From an uncultured virus (IMG/VR IMGVR_UViG_3300018023_000193) (Duplodnaviria; Heunggongvirae; Uroviricota; Caudoviricetes), in IMG/VR virus record IMGVR_UViG_3300018023_000193: a DNA stretch of 20,000 bases. One strand, given 5' to 3'. The notes under the pieces are model-generated. The model saw only the letters and a list, made by a program, of their open reading frames with translations, did not search any database and was not told where the DNA came from. The position numbers were made by a program, and so were the translations under genes. Each line of letters opens with the position of its first letter. Position 1 is the first letter of the stretch. This document shows positions 16,712 through 20,000 of the stretch, in pieces.

Positions 16712-17029
16712 ATGGAATATTGTGAAGCTCTGGAAAGTTTGGCATTAAAATTTAAGCTTATGGCTGTTAAAGGAAATTTACATATATTTTCTTTAATTAC
16801 CAAAAAATCTTTAAGTGAAAAGGTATATCTTCGTTTTTTTATTTGTGGAAGAGATAACTTTATAGAAGATATTACTCGCCAAGTGGCAGTTATTAATAAC
16901 ATACCAATAAAGGATTGTTATACCTATTTCGCAATTTTTACCCATATTTCCAATCGAGAAGATTTTGTAGAAAATGTTTCTTTGGAACTTTTCAAAAATC
17001 GATATAAAATAGACCATAATATTTTATAA
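16712..17029 (+). CDS. Hypothetical protein
   Basis: ATG 1 nt after the previous stop; ends just before the next promoter. Confidence 0.55.
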   Translation: MEYCEALESLALKFKLMAVKGNLHIFSLITKKSLSEKVYLRFFICGRDNFIEDITRQVAVINNIPIKDCYTYFAIFTHISNREDFVENVSLELFKNRYKIDHNIL

Positions 17030-17058
17030 TTGACATCCAGCGGCCCTTGTGATATGAT
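17030..17058 (+). promoter_or_regulatory. Sigma70-like early promoter TTGACA-N17-TATGAT (extended -10); copy 1 of a 25-bp direct repeat
   Basis: ttgacatccagcggcccttgtgatatgat, then GAGG RBS and ATG 17080. Confidence 0.85.
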
Positions 17059-17079
17059 GTAATTGAGGTTGATTAATAT

Positions 17080-17784
17080 ATGTGTAATTTTGCATCATTT
17101 GTCTTAACGAAAGATAAGGTTTTTTGGTCAGACTCCGATTCCCATACCGATATTATTGAGGAATTTGAACTCCATGAAGATGGAGCCAATGGACCTAATA
17201 TCCTTAAAGTAGAAATTATTCCTACTCCAAAAATAAAATCTCTCCTGGATTATGACAATTGGAATTTTAAAATCGACCAGGATATTATGCCGGAATGGTA
17301 TAATAAAGATTTGGATAAATCCAGGACCCGAAAAGCTTTAAAAATCCGGTTTGCTAAGGATTTTAAGGTCCCTGGATCTTTGAATCTCTACGGATGTACC
17401 GGACTTAAGAGCCTTCCAAGTGACTTGAAGGTCTGTAGATATTTGGATCTCAGCGGATGTACCGGACTCAAGAGCCTTCCAAGTAACTTGAAGGTCGGTG
17501 GATCTTTGAATCTCACTGGATGTACCGGACTCAAGAGCCTTCCAAGTAACTTGAAGGTCCGTGGATCTTTGGATCTCAGCGGATGTACCGGACTCAAGAG
17601 CCTTCCAAGTGACTTGAAGGTCGGTAGATCTTTGTATCTCACTGGATGTACCGGACTCAAGAGCCTTCCAAGTAACTTGAAGGTCGATGGACATTTGGAT
17701 CTCAGCGGATGTACCGGACTCAAGAGCCTTCCAAGTGACTTGGAGGTCGGTAGATATTTGTATCTCCCAGAACATTTGAAATAA
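17080..17784 (+). CDS. Leucine-rich-repeat protein: ~97-aa N-terminal domain plus six 21-aa LRRs and a partial seventh
   Basis: Unit xxxLxLxGCTGLKSLPSxLKV; has its own promoter and RBS. Confidence 0.92.
   Translation: MCNFASFVLTKDKVFWSDSDSHTDIIEEFELHEDGANGPNILKVEIIPTPKIKSLLDYDNWNFKIDQDIMPEWYNKDLDKSRTRKALKIRFAKDFKVPGSLNLYGCTGLKSLPSDLKVCRYLDLSGCTGLKSLPSNLKVGGSLNLTGCTGLKSLPSNLKVRGSLDLSGCTGLKSLPSDLKVGRSLYLTGCTGLKSLPSNLKVDGHLDLSGCTGLKSLPSDLEVGRYLYLPEHLK
17371..17766 (+). repeat. 63-bp tandem repeat, six full units plus a partial one
   Basis: Units start at 17371, 17434, 17497, 17560, 17623, 17686, 17749; core ggatgtaccggactYaagagccttccaagt invariant. Confidence 0.97.
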
Positions 17785-17789
17785 ACCAT

Positions 17790-17818
17790 TTGACATCCAG
17801 CGGCCTTTGTGATAATGT
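17790..17818 (+). promoter_or_regulatory. Sigma70-like early promoter TTGACA-N17-TAATGT; copy 2 of the 25-bp direct repeat
   Basis: ttgacatccagcggcctttgtgata, 24/25 identical to 17030-17054. Confidence 0.8.
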
Positions 17819-17854
17819 ATAAGTGTCTTTAAATTTATTGAAATGAGAAACTGA

Positions 17855-18841
17855 ATGAAAAAACCATTTTTATCAGTAGTAGCTGATATAGTGAGTAGAT
17901 ATGGAACAACAGTTTCCCGGAAAGATTTTGTAGCATATTGTAATGAAAATGATGTGGCTAAACCTGCTGAAGCCACAATCCCAAAATCTGGTCGTGGATG
18001 GTTTAATCTTGAAAATTATCTGGAAAAAGCTAAACAATACCAACAAATAATGAATCCTGTTCCTGAAAAGGAATTAACAGATACCGAAATAGAAGTTAAA
18101 ATTGATAAACAATTCCAAACTCTCAATTTAATGACCTTGGGAGTTATTAATGGATCGTTTAAATCTTTAGTTGTTTCTGGAAATCCAGGTATAGGAAAAA
18201 CATATACATTGGAAAGAATTCTGAATGAAGCTGCTAATAATAGTAAGATTTTGCTTACTCCGGTAAAAGGGTATGTAAAAGCTTCTGGTCTTTATAAGCT
18301 CCTGTGGGAAAATCGCCATAAAGAATGTGTTACCCTTTTTGATGACACTGATGCCATTTTTAGAGATGAAGTGGCTTTAAATCTTTTGAAAACAGCATTA
18401 GATACGACTCTTAAACGCCATATATGTTGGCGATCGGAAAAAGTGTTTGAAGCTGAAGATGGAGATTCTATTCCACATGATTTTGATTATTTTGGATCTT
18501 CAATTTTTATTTCAAATTTGAATTTTCCTAAAATAATCGCTCAAGGAGGTAAAGTAGCACCTCATCTTGAAGCTATTATGTCCAGATCATTTTTTGTGGA
18601 TATGAATTTAAATTCTAATCGGGAAATGTTAATACGCATTAAAGGAATGATACCAATTATTTTATCCAATATTCGATTACAAGACCAAGCAATTATTTTG
18701 AAATATATTGAAAGCCATCAAGATAAATTCCGCGAGATTTCTTTGAGGACGCTTGTGAAATGTGGTGTTCTTTGGAAGGCATCAGGGAAAAATTATACTA
18801 TGTTCGAAAATCTTGCCAATATAACTATGCTTCGGAAGTAA
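17855..18841 (+). CDS. Phage AAA+/P-loop ATPase
   Basis: Walker A GNPGIGKT, Walker B TLFDDTD, NLLKTALD, sensor-1-like IFISN, AIMSRS Arg finger, REISLR sensor-2-like. Confidence 0.88.
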   Translation: MKKPFLSVVADIVSRYGTTVSRKDFVAYCNENDVAKPAEATIPKSGRGWFNLENYLEKAKQYQQIMNPVPEKELTDTEIEVKIDKQFQTLNLMTLGVINGSFKSLVVSGNPGIGKTYTLERILNEAANNSKILLTPVKGYVKASGLYKLLWENRHKECVTLFDDTDAIFRDEVALNLLKTALDTTLKRHICWRSEKVFEAEDGDSIPHDFDYFGSSIFISNLNFPKIIAQGGKVAPHLEAIMSRSFFVDMNLNSNREMLIRIKGMIPIILSNIRLQDQAIILKYIESHQDKFREISLRTLVKCGVLWKASGKNYTMFENLANITMLRK

Positions 18842-18858
18842 TTTTATTTATAATACTT

Positions 18859-18890
18859 TTGACAATTAGTCTTACCTAATGCGATATACT
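18859..18890 (+). promoter_or_regulatory. Probable early promoter TTGACA-N20-TATACT (long spacer)
   Basis: -10 followed by GTAATT as in the 17030 and 19850 promoters; spacer 3 nt longer than optimal. Confidence 0.45.
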
Positions 18891-18908
18891 GTAATTAGGA
18901 GTAAATAT

Positions 18909-19091
18909 ATGCTAAATGAAAAAATCCAAAATTATGTGAAAATATTAAAAGATCGTTTGTCCGTTTCCCTCTATGGTCCGAATGTATTTATATGGTCTGA
19001 TTATAGAATAGGAAGAATTGTTGGAATGGAAGCCGAAATGCAAGCGACTATAAATGACTTGGAAGAAATTCTAAGACAAGAGGAAAATTAA
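18909..19091 (+). CDS. Small hypothetical protein (60 aa)
   Basis: AGGAG at 18897-18901 favours in-frame ATG 18909 over 18879, which lies in the promoter. Confidence 0.65.
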   Translation: MLNEKIQNYVKILKDRLSVSLYGPNVFIWSDYRIGRIVGMEAEMQATINDLEEILRQEEN

Positions 19092-19200
19092 AAATGAAGT
19101 ATCATATTAAAAACGGTAAAACCTATCTATAAAAGCCTAAAAGAAAATGTTTGTAGGCAACAAATATAGTTCATATTAAACTCATATAAATGGAGGAATT

Positions 19201-19776
19201 TTATTTAGAAACTGGTTTAGTGGTTCCAGTAATTGCCGCGGTTGGATTTTCTAAATAAATAGTATGTTGTTGTGGATTTAATAAACGATTAACAATAGGA
19301 GTAAGTATAATAACAATAACCAATATAGCACCATAAACAACATTTCGAGCCATTTCTAATCTGGATATTTTTACGGAAGTTGTTCTTTTTAGATCATTCA
19401 ATTCCAACATAATATCTTTTTTCATGGAATTCATCGATTCCAATATTTTATCGGATTGAGCGTCCAATTTTTCTTGAAGGTCTACAGCCATGGTTTTTGT
19501 TTCCCCAATTCTCATTTCCTGGTTGGTAATCTTTTCAGTATTGGATGTTGTCAATAAACTTAATTGGTCTATATTTTCTCCTAATCGTTCTGCTACACGG
19601 TCAAATTTATCCAAAAATTTTTGGAAATTTATTTGATTAAAATCCACAATTCTTAAATTACCTTTTACCTCAAATAATTGACTTTCTATAGATTTGGTCG
19701 AATCTTTAACCATCGTTATCTCATTAACTAAAGGACATTTTGGATAAGGACAATCATGTGGTAAATTAAGTTCCAT
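19201..19776 (-). CDS. Coiled-coil protein with a C-terminal TM helix, late-expressed (holin/XhlA-like topology)
   Basis: Start moved to ATG 19776 (MELNLPHDCP) downstream of a late promoter; long heptad region then VVYGAILVIVIILTPIV. Confidence 0.7.
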   Translation of the reverse strand: MELNLPHDCPYPKCPLVNEITMVKDSTKSIESQLFEVKGNLRIVDFNQINFQKFLDKFDRVAERLGENIDQLSLLTTSNTEKITNQEMRIGETKTMAVDLQEKLDAQSDKILESMNSMKKDIMLELNDLKRTTSVKISRLEMARNVVYGAILVIVIILTPIVNRLLNPQQHTIYLENPTAAITGTTKPVSK

Positions 19777-19817
19777 TTCAATTCCCGATTTTAAATTTGG
19801 TTTAACAGCACATAATA

Positions 19818-19825
19818 TATTTATA
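19818..19825 (-). promoter_or_regulatory. T4-type late promoter TATAAATA on the minus strand
   Basis: tatttata on + at 19818-19825, 41 nt upstream of ATG 19776. Confidence 0.65.
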
Positions 19826-19849
19826 TCAATTGGGAAGGCAAACATTTGC

Positions 19850-19878
19850 TTGACAACCATTTTTAAACATGTTATAGT
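19850..19878 (+). promoter_or_regulatory. Sigma70-like early promoter TTGACA-N17-TATAGT (extended -10)
   Basis: ttgacaaccatttttaaacatgttatagt, then GAGG RBS and ATG 19895. Confidence 0.85.
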
Positions 19879-19894
19879 GTAATTGAGGTTGATT

Positions 19895-20000
19895 ATGTGT
19901 GACTTCGCATCATTTGTCTTAACAAAAGATAAGGTTTTTTGGTCAGACTCCAATTCCCATACCGATATTATTGAGGAATTTGGTTTGCATGAAGATGGAG
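19895..20000 (+). CDS. 5' end of a paralogue of the 17080 LRR gene (partial; not in ORF track)
   Basis: MCDFASFVLTKDKVFWSDSNSHTDIIEEFGLHEDG; 97/106 nt and 32/35 aa identical to 17080-17185; same leader tgtaattgaggttgatt. Confidence 0.92.
   Translation, partial: MCDFASFVLTKDKVFWSDSNSHTDIIEEFGLHEDG

Noticed and set aside
16117..17017. Minus-strand ORFs 16117..16506, 16458..16745, 16672..16902, 16811..17017
   Set aside because: Overlap a tiled set of plus-strand genes that have promoters and RBS.
17371..17766. CRISPR array
   Set aside because: Variable segments are only ~21 nt, similar to each other and in frame within an LRR ORF; no unique spacers or cas genes.
17338..17976. Minus-strand ORFs 17338..17976 and 17388..17789
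   Set aside because: Antisense shadows of a stop-free 63-bp repeat; the plus-strand gene has promoter, RBS and a paralogue.
19092..19200. ncRNA or terminator between the convergent genes
   Set aside because: No convincing hairpin or tRNA-like fold; only an A-rich stretch with a 12-codon ORF.
19777..19953. N-terminal 59 aa of ORF 19201..19953
   Set aside because: Spans the late promoter, the divergent early promoter and the antisense of the LRR paralogue; ATG 19776 is the more plausible start.
17080..20000. Diversity-generating retroelement (TR/VR pair)
   Set aside because: Variable codons often look like NNT/NNC, but many adenines in the units are invariant, differences between the two paralogues are not adenine-specific (t/c, g/a, c/t), and no reverse transcriptase is in the window. 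Cannot be excluded genome-wide.
1..20000. Stop-codon reassignment
   Set aside because: Stops are nearly all TAA, but long genes are intact in the standard code and Trp uses TGG; only one suspicious TGA (16048).

Overview
AT-rich fragment of a T4-like (myovirus) phage genome. 1-13408 is a late baseplate module: a repeat-rich protein ending in an incomplete IPT/TIG-like Ig domain, a PAAR (gp5.4-like) protein, a decayed GIY-YIG homing endonuclease not in the ORF track, gp25, gp6, gp7 with a LamG-like tail, gp8, a 1891-aa VrlC/DUF4815-like protein and its small partner, with T4-type TATAAATA late promoters. It continues into a patatin phospholipase, a papain-like Cys peptidase and a signal-peptide beta-barrel-like protein, closed by a strong terminator at about 15636-15691. 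From 15694 is an early/accessory region of small genes behind related sigma70-like promoters. It holds an AAA ATPase, a minus-strand late coiled-coil membrane protein and a leucine-rich-repeat gene. The most striking signals: (1) the LRR gene's 63-bp units vary almost only by non-synonymous changes around the LxL strand, it is bracketed by a 25-bp promoter direct repeat, and a paralogue starts at the window edge; (2) an Ig fold appears split across the 208..1287/PAAR gene junction; (3) the lipase-peptidase-OMP cassette. All family calls are from motif recognition by eye; no searches were run.
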